From: Vezdaea acicularis
Lineage: Eukaryota
Direction: 5' to 3'
NCBI GenBank assembly: GCA_026025075.1
Contig: JAPEUI010000001.1
Span: 248,001-312,000 of the forward strand
DNA: 64,000 nt
In this document: positions 24,401 to 38,144 of the stretch, in pieces
How positions within the stretch are numbered: the first letter of the stretch is position 1
Layout: each line of letters opens with the position of its first letter
Position numbers and translations under genes: made by a program
Notes under the pieces: generated by a model
Told to the model about the DNA's origin: nothing
What the model saw: the letters and a program-made list of their open reading frames with translations, nothing else
Databases searched by the model: none

Positions 24401-26740
24401 CGCTTCATTCTGCCTACAACTCGTAACAGAATCGAAGGTATCCAGAAGGTCAAAGCCCACACGACAGCTACCCAGATTCGGCGAGAAGGCTCCATGGGTG
24501 TTTGAGTGATGGTCTTTGGTTCTGCGAGCTCAGGGTCCATTTGGCCGACGAAATGGCCCACATCTTTGCCATCGTACAGAACTTCTCCATCATTGTCGTC
24601 GCCACGGTATCCAAGACCATAATCACCCCCAGCAACAAGCTTGCTCGGCGCTATGGATCGCGCTTGCTGGCCGGGTACAGGATCCAATGTTCCATGGCTC
24701 TGTTGATGCTGCAAAAGACGGTCGGTGCTTGCTTGCGCAGGGAAGTATTGCGCAGGAAAGAAACCACTGGCATTGCCGGGAAGATTGGTAGAGTACCCGC
24801 TTTCAAGGCCACCGTTGCCGGTGCCATCTTCAGGTTTGAGGTCGAGCATTTCCTCGGCTTCCCACCAAGCACTCTCACGCATCCAAATACGCTCATGGCC
24901 CACGACCACCTCGCCATTGCTCCAGCCACGTTCGAGTATCCAGCTTTCTATGCCGTCCTTGCCCTCTTGGCAGCCCAGTCGAGAGTATCTCGAGACAAAC
25001 TCGTCAATGTCAAAGTCAGCAGTGAAGTCCAGGTTCTTGTTGCGTCGGTTGGCCCATTCAGGTAATCTCCACGAGCGGAGTTGTCGGGAGACCGTACCAG
25101 CAGACCATGCGGATGTAGGAGAAGCTAGACCCGCAAGGCTTGCTGGCGAATCGTCGGTCGGATGCAACGCTAGCTGGTACCATACCCGGCTACTACCAAG
25201 GACGGAAGAGATATCGACACGGCCAAACTTGGCCACATTGACGCCTTCGCCGTCCACGGGGTACAGGATCTGCTTCAAAAAGCCACCGGCCTCAGCTTCG
25301 ATACCAATCTTCTCGAGGACACTCTCGCGTCGGTCCTTCTCGTACTCTCGATCTCTGCCAGTGGAGCCTGTCGATACCCCGAGGTCCGCTTCCGATTCGC
25401 TGACAGCGAGGTTCATTTCTCTGACGACTGATGAGCCGGCTGGGATGACTTCGACGCCGTCCTCTTTCATCTCGGCATTGATGCCAATGGTGTCATCAAA
25501 GACGCCACGTAACGCTATCGCTTTGCTCAGTGTCGGTCCAGGAATCTCCAGCACAGTTATGCTGACGGTATCTTCATCGTCCGTATTCGGAGTCCTTGTC
25601 CCATTGCCCATTCCACTCTCGCTCGAGGAATCCCCGTCTCGGGTGTGTTGCATGTCCGTGGCGATTGCCTGGTTAGCCTTCATGATGACCCAATCGACGA
25701 GTGCCTCATAGATACCGCCGATGAGCGACTCCCGTTCGGCCGTACTATTCGTTTGCACAAGGATGTCCGGCTCAATCCCCAATAGCCCAGCAACATCTTC
25801 ACAGATTTCTTCAATCACTTCGGCATCAACCAAGAACCCGAGTGTGTCTCCCAGCTTCAAAAGACCGGCAAGGACGGAGAGCAAGCTTCTTTGGGCTGCG
25901 CCCTTGATTCCGATGGATCTCAATCCGGCTCTAAAGTCTTCAGCAGCGGCCGCGTCGTCAGCAGCTCGTAAGTATGACGGCGGGTCATACGTTCCGGACT
26001 TGTTGAGTAGAGCATAAGCAGAGGAATGCTTCAAGCCGAGAAACTCTCGTTCTGCAGGCGTCGATGAAGATGTCAGAAGGTAATAGAAAACGTCGAATGC
26101 ACGGTAGCCAGATTCGGCAGGTATGTTGAGCAGTCCACGAGAAGTGTCAATCCCCGAGGTAGAAAGTCCTAGAGTCGCAGCTGTAAGGCCACCTGTGAGA
26201 CTGAAGGTGAATGTGGCGGCAAGGGCCGAATGATAGGATGCGGCCGGATTTTGAGGTGTCACGGCTCGCAGGAAGGGTCGAAGTGTCGACAAGGCAGTGT
26301 AGAGAGTTGAAGGGACAACCAAGGGTAAAGTCGGAATGAATGCGTTGAGAAGTGAAGGGGTTGACTCGTGTAAAGAGCTGTGAGTTGGTCAGTCTCGATC
26401 ATAGAGAGAGAGTTCTTCCTGGGCCTTACCCTAGAACGATACACCCGTCCTCTGCTCGCCTCCGGGCATGTTCCCATGCCCTTCGTCCAATCACTGCGTC
26501 CACCACGCCGCCCTCTCCCTCAGCGCCCGAGTTGGCAGCCGTAAGCCAAGTATTCACGACGAGACTTGTGCTTGTATCGAGCGGGTATGACTGGCTGGCC
26601 GTGTAGGCATTGTGGAGGGCATTTAGAAGTGATGTTGTGGAGACCTGAGCGGATTGCGGACCTCCTGGAAGGTTCCTGTTGCCACCTAGAAGGGAAGAGC
26701 TGTTGGAGTACATGGACATGCGATTCTGATGGCCTGCCAT
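21401..26740 (-). CDS. csmB: Class VII chitin synthase with degenerate myosin-motor-like domain (CsmB type)
   Basis: Short myosin-like N-terminus with no P-loop, cytochrome-b5-like domain, GT2 motifs [30 protein letters not shown] and QRRRW, and a C-terminal DEK_C domain; introns 26429-26378 and near 21560-21501. Confidence 0.95.
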
Positions 26741-28951
26741 AGCTGAAGATGTCGTGGTTGCTAAAATCAAAAAGTGTCAATAGATTTCGGCAACCCCAAA
26801 TAATGAAGGCTCACCCACCACCAAAGACCTTCAGTGATCAATAGCCTCTGTTTCTTGCCGCACCGATCGGCCAACCATCGAAATATGGTTTGGACGATTT
26901 AGAGAGACACGAAAGTGGTCGCGGCGGAACGGCAATTGAGCGTGTCGTGGTGAACAGGAGCACAGGGCGGCCTTCGCGTGTCCGGATTTAGAAACGAAGG
27001 GGATGGTGTTTCTTGGTCGCTGCAGTAACGAAGGGGAGCGGCGACGTAACGAAAGTTTGGAGAACGAACGAATATGAAAAGAGGAGCCACAACCGAGCAT
27101 CAAACGGCCCAAACGATTGACAGGCCGACGAGATGCTATGGAGAAACAAGAATGAGGAGGAGAATATTCGGATAGGAGAGTCGTGGCGTGAGTGAAGCTC
27201 TTTCTTCCTCCTTCGGCAAAGTTGGTGTCGGCCGCTTCGGTTCCTCGGACTTGCCCCCCTGCAACGACTGGATCTTGGTGGCCCACAGACCAATGGATAT
27301 GCCTCACACTGTATGACTTAGATCATAGAGCACATACGACGCAGTATGCGTAGCTACTCTTGTCAATGCATCGAGAAAGGGCAAATATCTCAGCTTTGCT
27401 TCCATGCTACTGATTCTTTGTTTACGACATTTAATCACATGTGTCAGGGGACGCCGCTTTCATATTTGACCTGTCATTTGCTCTCCCCTCAACTTCCACC
27501 CCATCACTTCAATTTTCAGTCCTCGCTGGTACTTTGCGACAATGCAAACAAGAACCAATCTCCGCATCGCACCACAGCTGAGCTGTTGCTATCGTTGATG
27601 CTGCTTTGCAAATTGTCGCCATCCACGCCCGTCTTGAGCTATGGATGATTCGTGCTCTCGGACCGGCCAGGGAGGCCGAGCCATTACGCGAAGCCTATTT
27701 TGGGCGGCGGCGATCCCCACACCACCACGGCCAATGCCACCCTCCCCTATCGCCGTGCAGCGAAACAGGTCTCACCCCGAGTGCCCGAGCGTGCAGACCG
27801 TGGGAAGGAGACGACGACGGGCGGATGGCTTTGAATACAGGAGACTCTCAACGCATGTCATATTGTCCACGCCGATAGCCTCCTCTTCGGCCCTTGCAAT
27901 CGATAGGAGAAGGCAGCCATGGAAGGTGATGCAGAGGCGTTTCGCTTGGAGGCCCCTTGGCCCCCTTCATTCCACCTCCCAGCGGCGCCCCCTGCATGGC
28001 CGCATAGCGAGCACCAATCCCGGAGAACGTGGACGGTTCAAAGCGGCATGGCGCGCCGGACTGGCCGAGGGCAAGAGCCCCCGAAGAGATTGAATTTGCT
28101 TTTCAACCGCCGAGCGGAGAGGCGGATGGGGGATCGGGCGCCCTCCGGAATGCGGAGAAGTCACCCCTGAAAGCGCCAAGGGATGGTCTCCCGCCGTCCG
28201 TAGTTTGAGTACTCGGGTGTTCGCTTCGCCGGGCCTCCCAGCAGCCGGTCGATGGCTGCGAGCGCTCTTTGTAGTAAACAGACCAGCAAGATAAACGTAG
28301 AAGAAGCTGCTATTCTTATGGTGGCGAGGTCGAGAGGCTCATGCCCTGGCGGAGGATCAGGGTCCACGCTCTGGGTGAGGGTGCGAGGGGTGCGAGGAGA
28401 CACCAACGCATCATCCCTGCCCTCGCTTCTCGGCTCTCCCTCCCAGCGGCCTCTGATGGTGTGTTGCCCCGAGTGAGCGAAAAATCCGCGATGCACTAAC
28501 GACGGTCATGGACGGCGATGGCCAGAAGGGCATCATCCGTGCACAACCTTCGTCCACCACGCATCTTCGTGATATCGCTGCTCTCTCTACCCAACAGCTC
28601 AAACAGAGCGGGTGATGTCCTTCGTTCTCTCCACAATCACCCTCGTTTGAATAGTCTCTCGCTGCTTCCAAAGATCCCAGTGACGTTTCAGTTGCCCGAG
28701 CATCGATTCGCTTGTTTTCTATTTTGAGTAGCCGAAAAGCTGCTTCACGCTCGCTCGACCCCTAGACCACGAACTTCACGAACCCTCTTCCTCTGCACTA
28801 ACGCCGTCGTTCGGACGCTTTCTCACTCGAATCGAAGGATTGACACGTCCGCCTCTCCTTGCGTTGCCCAACAAGGCTTGATCGCCCTCCGTGGGCACGG
28901 CTTCACCAGTCCTCTCTTCCATTTCTCTGAGAGGACCCTCCTTCATTCAAC

Positions 28952-31900
28952 ATGGCGTTCAATTCCTTTGGCAACAGCCCGCCAGCATACGCCCAACCGT
29001 CCTTACCTTCTCTTCCCTTGCATCTTCAATCCGACACCCATCTGACGGCCCATCTAGCCAGCCGTTTCCATGTCAACCTCCCCACGACACAACTCTCTTC
29101 TCATGCCTTGATCTCCCTCAACACCTATACTTCGTCCGCCAAGGGCCCTAACGATGGCAAGGAAGGGAGCGCAATGGCAGGCGCGGAGGAGATAGCGGGA
29201 CGAGCTTGGACAAGGCTTGGATCGCGAAGTGAGAACCAAGCCGTGCTGTTTCTGTAAGTGGTTGGCTAGTGGCTCTTCCGAAAGACTTCACTCTAGAATC
29301 GTTGCTAATACTTTACAATCCATCAGGGGAGAATCAGGTTCGGGAAAGACTACACTACGATCTCATCTCTTGTCCTCACTCTTGGTCTTCTCTTCGACAC
29401 CCCTCGCTACCAAACTCTCCCTGGCCGCATTCGTTTTCGATACCCTGACCACAACAAAGTCCGTGACCACCCCAACTGCGTCGAAGGCTGGCTTGTTTTA
29501 CGAGCTTCAATACGATACATCTTCCACCGTGCATCCGACGTTGATAGGTGGGAAATTACTGGATCATAGGCTAGAGAGAAGCAGGGTGGCATCGGTGCCA
29601 ACGGGCGAGAGGAACTTCCATGTCCTATACTACCTCCTCGCCGGGACGAGCGCTGCGGAGAAAACGCATTTGGGTCTAGACTCGGGCTCGTCTGCACCAG
29701 GAGGAAATGGAAATGCGGCTGGTAATCGTGCGTCGCTCACCCATGGACAAAAGAGATGGCGCTACCTCGGTCACCCCACACAGTTGAAAGTGGGTATCAA
29801 CGACTCGGAGGGCTTTCAACACTTCAAGACGGCTCTAAGAAAACTCGAGTTTCCTAGGAGCGAGATCGCAGAGATTTGCCAAGTTCTGGCCAGCATCCTC
29901 CACATTGGTCAGCTCGAGTTCATCACGAGCGAGCACACGACCCCTGCAGCGGACGACAGTGGAGGTTATTCCCATGAAGGGGGCGAGACTGTCACCGTGG
30001 TCAAGAACCGGGAGGTTCTCGCAGTTGTGGCAGCTTTCCTTGGTGTGAGCACCCAGGACCTGGAAACAAGTCTGGGCTATCGCACGAAGACCATCCACAA
30101 GGAACGCGTTACGGTCATGCTAGACCCACGCGGCGCCCGTGAAAATGCAGACGAGCTCGCCCGGACTCTCTATTCGCTCCTGGTCGCATATGTCATTGAG
30201 AATATCAATCAAAAGGTCTGCGCGGTCGAGGACACGGTGGGAAACACCATTTCCATCATTGACTTCCCCGGATTCGCGCAGTCCTCATCTACTGGGTCCA
30301 CCCTCGATCAGCTTCTGAATAATGCTGCTACCGAGTCTCTCTATAATTTCTGCTTACATAGCTTCTTCGAAGGAAAAGCTGAGTTGCTTGAGAGTGAAGA
30401 AGTCAGTGTCCGCGCTACAAGTTACTTTGACAATTCAGATGCCGTCCGAGGGCTTCTAAAGCATGGCAACGGCCTACTCAGTATCCTTGACGACCAGACG
30501 AGGCGAGGTAGGACCGATCTCCAGTTCCTCGAAAGTATTCGGAAACGGTTCGAGAACAAGAACCCGGCAATATCTGTTGGAAGTGCCACCGCAACGCTTC
30601 CAGGCAGCAACTTTGCAACTCACAATGCCGCTGCTTCCTTCACCATTAAACACTTCGCTGGAGAGGTGGAGTATCCTATCGCTGGTCTGGTGGAGGATAA
30701 CGGAGAAGTCATCTCGGGTGACTTGATGAATCTCGTCAACTCGACTAGAAGCGACTTTGTACGTGAACTCTTTGGCCAAGAGGCCCTAAATACCGTCACG
30801 CACCCGCAGGAAAAAGCAGCGATCATGCAAGCTCAGGTCAGCTCGAAGCCCCTCCGTATGCCAAGCATGATCCGGAAGAAGGGTCAGAGGCCAACCCGAC
30901 TTGGAACCCGAAAGACTAGCGGGGCTCAGGGGTTGGCAGACGACTCCCCCGATGACGCTAGCGAGGCCGGTGTCGCTAAACGGGGCTCTCCTGACGGCAA
31001 CAGGCCTCGGAAAGACGCGTCTGAACAAGGTGCAGCGGCCCAGTTCTTAACCTCTCTGGACACAATCGTCAAATCCTTAACGCAATCAAACACAAATCCC
31101 TACTTTATATTCTGTCTCAAGCCGAATGACAGACGCATTGCGAATCAATTCGACAGCAAGTGCGTGAGGATGCAAATTCAAACCTTTGGTATTGCAGAAA
31201 TAAGCCAGAGGTTGCGCAATGCAGACTTTAGCATATTCCTTCCGTTTGGAGAGTTCCTTGGTCTTGCAGAGGCAGACTCCATCGTCATTGGTAGTGAACG
31301 GGAGAAGGCTGAGACGTTTTTGGGCGAAAGGAGCTGGCCTGGCAACGAAGCTCGTGTCGGCAGTACTGGCGTATTCCTTAGTGAACGATGCTGGTCCGAG
31401 GTTGCCAAGATCGAGGGAAGGAGTCACGTAGGAGATGGCAGCATCAATGCGGGCGGCGAGGTTTACGAAGGAGGTACCTTCAGTGACTCCAAAGCCAAGC
31501 TTCTCCCCTCGAATGCGAACACACCTTCTCCTGGAGTCATGTACAGTGACGAGACGAAGCAACCGTTGTCAGGATACTTTGGAAGCAAGGATATCGATGG
31601 ACGGTCGGATGCAGGAGCTTCTGCTTATATCTCTGGAGATTTGTTCCGAAACCTCGAAACGCGTGAGCAGATGGCTGAGAAAGGAAACGAGAGGAAGATG
31701 GAAGAAGTTGATGATGTTGTCGTCACTGGCCGCCGAAAGCGCTGGATGGCCGTTGTATGGCTGCTCACTTTCTTCATACCGGACTTTGTTATCCGGTATG
31801 TTGGCCGCATCAAGCGGAAGGACGTGAGGACCGCGTGGCGCGAGAAGCTCGCCATCAACATGTTGATCTGGTTCAGCTGTCTTTTCGTCGTCTTCTTCAT

Positions 31901-34786
31901 CGGTAAGGCTCACTCTACTTTGCCACTTTTGGCGTTGCTCACCACTCTCTAGTTGTCTTCCCACAGTTGATATGTCCGAAAGAATATGTCTTTTCTGCTG
32001 CCGAGCTTTCTAGCTACGACGGGAAGGGGAAGGACGGAGCATATGTCGCAATTCGAGGCCAGGTCTTCGATCTCGGCGCTTTTATACCAACTCATTACCC
32101 GCCCATCATTCCTGAGAAGGATCTGAAGAAATACGCCGGTGTAGACGCAACAAGTCTTTTCCCCGTGCAAGTCTCTGCACTTTGCCAGGGCAAGCTCGGG
32201 CAGGTTGACCCAGCTGTGCAGCTTGATTACACTTCAAGCAACACCACTGGTGCTCCCACCTATATCAGCAACACAGACCCGAATTCTCGTTACCATGATT
32301 TCAGGGCGTGGACCAACGATTCTAGGCCCGACTGGTTCTTCGAACAGATGATCTATCTCCGAGGAAATTTCAAGAAGGGCGACATCGGATACACGCGCCA
32401 ATATGTCAAGACCCTCTCCGGAAAGCAGCAGTCTATTGCCATCCTTAATGACCGGGTGTACGACTTCACCGCGTATAGAAAGGGTGGTCGTGTCATCCAT
32501 TCTATTCCCAACTCGGATTCTGCTCCGGCCTCTGATGCCGCAGACTTCATGGATGACCTGGTCGTCGAACTATTCCAGGAAAGACCAGGCCAAGACATCA
32601 CGAAATACTGGGAAGCCCTCAAGATCGATTCCGGACTGCGATCTCGAATGCAGCTATGCTTAGACAATCTCTTCTACGTTGGCAAGGTGGACACGAGGAA
32701 TTCGCCGCAATGCCTCTTCGCTCGATACATTCTCCTGGCTATTTCGATCCTGATGGTCAGCGTAATTGGGTTCAAATTCTTCGCCGCTCTGCAGTTTGGA
32801 AGAAAGAATATTCCGGAGAACTTGGACAAGTTCATCATCTGCCAAGTCCCCGCGTATACGGAAGACGAAGAATCGTTACGCCGAGCAATCGATTCCGCTG
32901 CCCGTATGAAGTATGATGACAAGCGCAAACTGCTTGTTATCATCTGTGATGGCATGATCATTGGCCAAGGCAACGACCGACCGACGCCACGTATCGTCTT
33001 GGACATTCTTGGAGTCGCTGACACTGTTGACCCCGAACCACTAAGTTTCGAAAGTTTGGGCGAGGGTATGAGGCAACACAACATGGGCAAAGTGTACTCT
33101 GGACTCTACGAGGTGCAAGGCCACATCGTCCCATTCCTAGTGGTCGTCAAGGTGGGGAAGGCTACTGAAGTCTCAAAGCCTGGAAATCGCGGCAAACGGG
33201 ACTCTCAGATGATCTTGATGCGTTTCCTCAACCGCGTTCATTACAATGATGCCATGAGCCCTCTCGAGCTCGAGATGCATCATCAAATCCGCAACATCAT
33301 CGGTGTCAATCCAGTCTTCTATGAATTTATGCTGCAGATTGATGCAGATACCGTTGTGGCTCCGGACTCGGCGACCCGCATGGTGGCCGCCTTCTTGCAC
33401 GACACTCGACTTATCGGAGCCTGTGGTGAAACTGCTCTCACCAACGCAAAGTCATCCTTCATCACCATGATTCAAGTCTATGAATATTACATCTCGCACA
33501 ACCTTTCGAAAGCCTTTGAAAGTCTGTTTGGTAGCGTCACGTGTCTGCCGGGTTGCTTCAGCATGTACCGTATCCGTGCTGCTGAGACGGGAAAGCCCCT
33601 GTTCGTCCATACGAGTGTTGTGGAGTCGTATGCTGAGATTCGGATCGACACATTGCACATGAAGAACCTCCTGCACCTCGGTGAAGATCGATATCTCACG
33701 ACGCTTCTACTCAAGCACCATCCGAAGTACAAGACCAAGTTCCTCTTCCATGCGAACGCATGGACTATCGCCCCGGAGAGCTGGAAGGTCTTCATGTCTC
33801 AACGTCGTCGCTGGATCAACTCGACTGTACACAACTTGATGGAGCTCATCCCGCTGCAGCATCTGTGCGGTTTCTGCTGCTTCAGCATGCGCTTCATCGT
33901 GTTCTTGGACCTCCTCAGTACTATTGTCCAGCCGGTCACTGTCGCATACATCGCCTACCTTCTCGTGCTTATCGGAGAAAAATCGAGCGTGGTGCCCCTC
34001 ACTGCCTTCATTCTACTCGGCGCCATATACGGTCTCCAGGCAATCATCTTCATCCTCCGCAGGAAGTGGGAGATGATCGGCTGGATGATCCTGTACATCC
34101 TTGCCATCCCCGTCTTCTCCTTTGGACTGCCCCTCTACGCGTTTTGGCACATGGACGATTTCTCGTGGGGCAACACCCGCGTCGTCACGGGCGAGAAGGG
34201 CCGCAAGGTTGTCATCTCCGACGAAGGCATCTTCAAACCAGAGATGATCCCCCGCAAGAAATGGGATGAATACCAAGCAGAGCTATGGGATCAGCAAACG
34301 CAACACGGCGACGACCGGTCCGAAGTCTCTGGCTTCTCATACGGCACCAAGTCGTACGCTCCGCAGTCCGAGATCTACATACCACACTCGCGCCCCATGT
34401 CGCAGCTAGATATCCCTCGGCAAGGCTCACGGCTCAGCCTCGCGCCATCCGAAATGCTCGGCACGCATCATGGCTCCCAGTTCTTCGCGACGCACGAGAT
34501 GGAGATGGGCAACCTCGGCGGCGGTGGTCTGCCCTCCGACGACAGCATCCTGGCCGAGATCCGCGAGATCCTGAAGACGGCCGACCTGATGACGGTCACG
34601 AAGAAGAGCATCAAGCTCGAGCTGGAGCGGCGCTTTGGCTTGAATCTCGACGTCAAGAGAGCTTATATCAACTCTGGTGAGTTTTTTTTTTCCTGTGTTT
34701 TCATCTCAATACGCTCTTTTTTGGGATTTGTTTTGCTAATGCTGCCAATGTTAGCCACCGAGGCCCTGCTCTCTGGCCAGCTGTAG
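28952..34786 (+). CDS. csmA: Class V myosin-motor chitin synthase (CsmA type)
   Basis: Myosin motor with P-loop GESGSGKT and [13 protein letters not shown]; cytochrome-b5-like domain; IDADT, GEDRYLT and QRRRW; DEK_C tail; introns 29254-29326, 31903-31952 and 34677-34754. Confidence 0.97.
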
Positions 34787-35067
34787 CACCAATTCGCTTT
34801 TTTACCCTTTTTTTCCAATGGGGGACTTGTTTGCATAGGGGCTGGAGCGCTGGGACCTGGTTTTTTTTTTTACTTCTTTTTCTTGGGGCATTCATTGGTT
34901 TTAAAAGGGGGCATCTGCTAGCCTTAGGCTCGAACCAAAGAGACGTCATTCCACACGGGGGGCATGCAAAAGCTGGTGGTATATGTTTAATGCATTAATA
35001 GGCCTTTTTCTACATGCCTTTTTCTCGTGATTCCCTTCACAGTGCTCGCTGGCCCGTCTGTATAGTC

Positions 35068-35582
35068 GTGACGTATAAAGTGGTATGTCACGTGAGACTG
35101 AGGGAGAGCACGTGGGGTTGAGGTTTTTGCCGTTATGTTGGTGGCGGTCGAGATGAGGGCATTATGTATGGCAAGGGAAACGCATCGCCTCCATGGAGAG
35201 TATGTGATAAGAAAAGTTGTGTATCACGTGATGAAGAACTTAAAGCACGTGAGGGTGTGGTTTTGGTGTTGCATTATCTTTGAGCGCTCGAAAGATATGC
35301 CGCAGTCCATGCAGTTGGGCTGCAGTCGAACATAACGATCGAGACGCGAAAAGTCGCTCCTCACGTGGGAAGGATGAAGAAGCACGTGGAAGATCAGGTT
35401 TTGCGTTGCATTAGTTCATTTCACGACAAAGTGGGATTCAGATCGCAACAGAGCCGTAGAGGAAGGAAGCCGCAGAGGTTGTGCAGGTGGCGAGCGTCGT
35501 CTCATCAGTTGCGATGAGAAAAGTCTTATATCACGTGGTAAGCTCGATTTTACACGTGACTGATGGGTTTTTGTGTTGCATT
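35068..35582 (+). repeat. Array of four phased double-E-box composite elements separated by unrelated spacers
   Basis: CACGTG pairs at 35089/35109, 35225/35246, 35362/35383 and 35532/35553. Each has (A/T)AAAGT starting 13 bp before the first E-box and GGTTTT after the second; copies 2-4 end in YGTTGCATT (35267, 35404, 35574). Confidence 0.85.
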
Positions 35583-36454
35583 CTCGTGCCGTCGTGCGTC
35601 TGTTGCTCGAAAGGGGCAAAGCGCGGGCTCGGCAACCGCCCCAATGCGGCTGCGTTGGACTAGGCCACATTTGGCCACCTCATCAATATTTCGGGCGGAG
35701 CGGAAGGTCTTGGCGGGGGCGTGAGTCTGCGCTGGGCTGGTTGTGGTCGGGTTTTTGCTTCGTTGGAGCTTGAGCGTGGGGTTACTCGCTTCGAGCTGTT
35801 TTGGGGATTGGGTTTGAGATGGGAGGAGAGATGGGGAGGGGGGGCTTTGAGGGGTTGGTGGTGAAGGTAAAGGTGTGCTGGAGTTGGGTGTGAATTTCAG
35901 GATAGCCGTGCACGATTACTCGTTTAGATTTAGCAGCGTTCAGGGTCCGTCGGAATCCAGATTTTCGTTTTCTCGGCTGCTTTTTTCGGCGCGCGCTGCA
36001 GGAGGAAGGGAAGGGAAGGATATTCGATGCCGGCCCAGATGGGTTCCGTCGTATGGCAGAGCCCAGAGCCCAGAGCCTGTCTTCCATGGCGCGCCCGGCA
36101 GTATCGAAGGTCCGACCCTATCTCGTGCAGCAGGGCTGGCCCGCCCTTACAACTCCGCTCGTCTCTCTCTCTCTCTCTTTCGCTCGCAAGTCTCTAGCTT
36201 TCGTTGAATAGTCGTTCTTCCTCTCGTTCATCCTTCATTCTCTTCTACTCTTCGGGTTTTACTGCAATTGCCCACGCGTACGCTGCTAGGTACGCGTGTC
36301 GTTTTTAATTCGTTGGTTCCGTCGCTTTCTCGTCACTCGTTCATGACCTCGACGTCCGTATAGCAGCCTCGTCGTTTTTTCGGCGTAAACCCTCCGCACC
36401 CTCCCTCGACGCACGACCATCAACCCTCCTCACCAACAACGACCAACACTCACA

Positions 36455-37495
36455 ATGCCGTCCCTCTACGCTCTAATACCGCTCCTCCTCGCCCTCCCCC
36501 TCACCCACGCCACCACCTCCCCCAAACGCGGCCTCGTCTACGTCGCCCCCGCAAAATCCACCTCCGACAACACAATCTGGACGCAGCCGCCTTCAGACCT
36601 GACATGGTACTACAACTACCAAGACGTACCGACGGCGGCCTTCGCCGGCAACGGCCTCGAATTCGTGCCCATGCTATGGGGCGCCCCGACGAACCCGACG
36701 ACCAACACCTCCTTCCTGGACAGCATCAAATCGCAGCTCGCGGCCGGCGCCAATATCACCTCCGTGCTCTTCCTGAACGAGCCCGACGGGAGCAGCGCCA
36801 CCGGCGGCTCCGCCACGGACGCCATCACCGCCGCGCAAGTCTGGCAAACGCAGATCGAACCCCTCAAAGCGCACGGCATCAAACTCGGCGGCCCCGCCGT
36901 CACCGGCGCCCAGAACGGCTTCAATTGGCTCCAGAACTTCTTCAACGCCTGCGCCGGCAATTGCTCCGTCGATTTCTTGCCCGTGCACTGGTACGGCAAT
37001 TTCGAGGGTCTGGCCTCGCATATTGGGCAGGTCAGGGGTACCTATATGAATAGCAGCATCTGGGTCACCGAGTATGCCCTCCCGAATAGCCCGCTGAAGG
37101 ATACTCAAGGCTTCTTTAATACCAGCGAGGAGTACTTTGATCGTATCGAGTACGTTCTTTTTTCCCCCCCCTCTCTTTTCTTCCCCTTCCTTTTCCCTTT
37201 CCCCCCCCCCAAAGCTTCTCTTCCTATCAAACGATCAAGCTAACATGCAACTCCAAACAGCTACATCGAGCGCTACTCCTACTTCGGCGCCTTCCGCTCC
37301 TCCGTCTCCAACGTCGGCCCCAACGCCGCCTTCCTCACCCAGGACGGCAAGCTCACCGACATCGGCTCCTGGTACCTCGGCCGCGCCGCCACCGGCAACG
37401 TCCCCAAAGGCGCCGCGCCCTCGTCCCTGGGCAACCCGCTTACGGGATGGGCCCTTGGGCTTGTTGGACTGGTGCTCGGGTGCGTGCTGGTCTGA
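36455..37495 (+). CDS. GH128-family beta-1,3-glucanase-like protein, secreted and probably GPI-anchored
   Basis: Signal peptide; KRGL, TWYYNY, EFVPMLWG, FLNEPD, DFLPVHWY, IWVTEY and ERYSYFG motifs; intron about 37150-37260; hydrophobic C-terminus WALGLVGLVLGCVLV. Confidence 0.9.
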
Positions 37496-38144
37496 GGTGT
37501 TGGTGGTGGAAGGGTGAGGGGAGAGCTGGGTGGGCGTGGAGGAATGTGTGGGGGGGGGTTGGGGTGGGATATCAGCCTCTTCTGCAGCGTTCGTAGGGGT
37601 TGTAGACTATGGATTGGATGGCTACTGGGTCTTTTTCTTTCTTCTATAGGGCCAAGGCGTTTTTCTCATTGTTTCCTCTTCTTCTTCTTTTCTCGAATAA
37701 GCGAATAGACGGGGCCTTCTCTCGCAAAATACTAGATCAGCATATCCCCCATATCTCGCATCTCGCATCTCTGTATGAGAAGCATACCCGCCACTTCCTT
37801 CTCCCCTTCTTCCTCCTCCTCGCTCTTTCCATACTCAGACGAGCTAGATCCGCAGCAAGCAGCCCAGCTAACCCAGCCTTCCCCGCAGCACCGTATAGGA
37901 AAGGAAGATAAGAGCCAAAAACCGTCTCTTCTACGAAACCCGGAAAAGGAGAGAGGTGGGGGGGGAGGGGGGGTTCTACGGGGCTGGCATGGGAGGGAAA
38001 ATGCGGAATAGGCTGGTTCACAATCGAAATCGGGTCAAAGCAGTTAGGGGCAGGAAATCAGGTGTACGAACAAGGCCGCGCGGTGAAGATGATGACGAGG
38101 TTTGGAAGAGTGAGCTAGAGACTACATCCTACCACGCACACGCA

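Noticed and set aside
24725..25711. 328-aa plus-strand ORF
   Set aside because: Codon-aligned antisense shadow of csmB, Ser-rich and without motifs.
34677..34754. Stop-free 78-nt last intron of csmA as a functional retained segment
   Set aside because: T-rich typical intron with a strong branch site; retention would interrupt the DEK_C domain, and the encoded peptide simply reflects T-richness.
35068..35582. CRISPR array interpretation of the repeat-spacer structure
   Set aside because: Eukaryotic locus; repeats are gapped motifs rather than near-identical 23-50-bp units; spacers are long and unequal; no cas genes nearby.
35068..35582. Saccharomyces-type point centromere (CDEI TCACGTG)
   Set aside because: No highly AT-rich CDEII and no CCG-containing CDEIII; multiple copies in gene-dense DNA; filamentous ascomycetes have regional centromeres.
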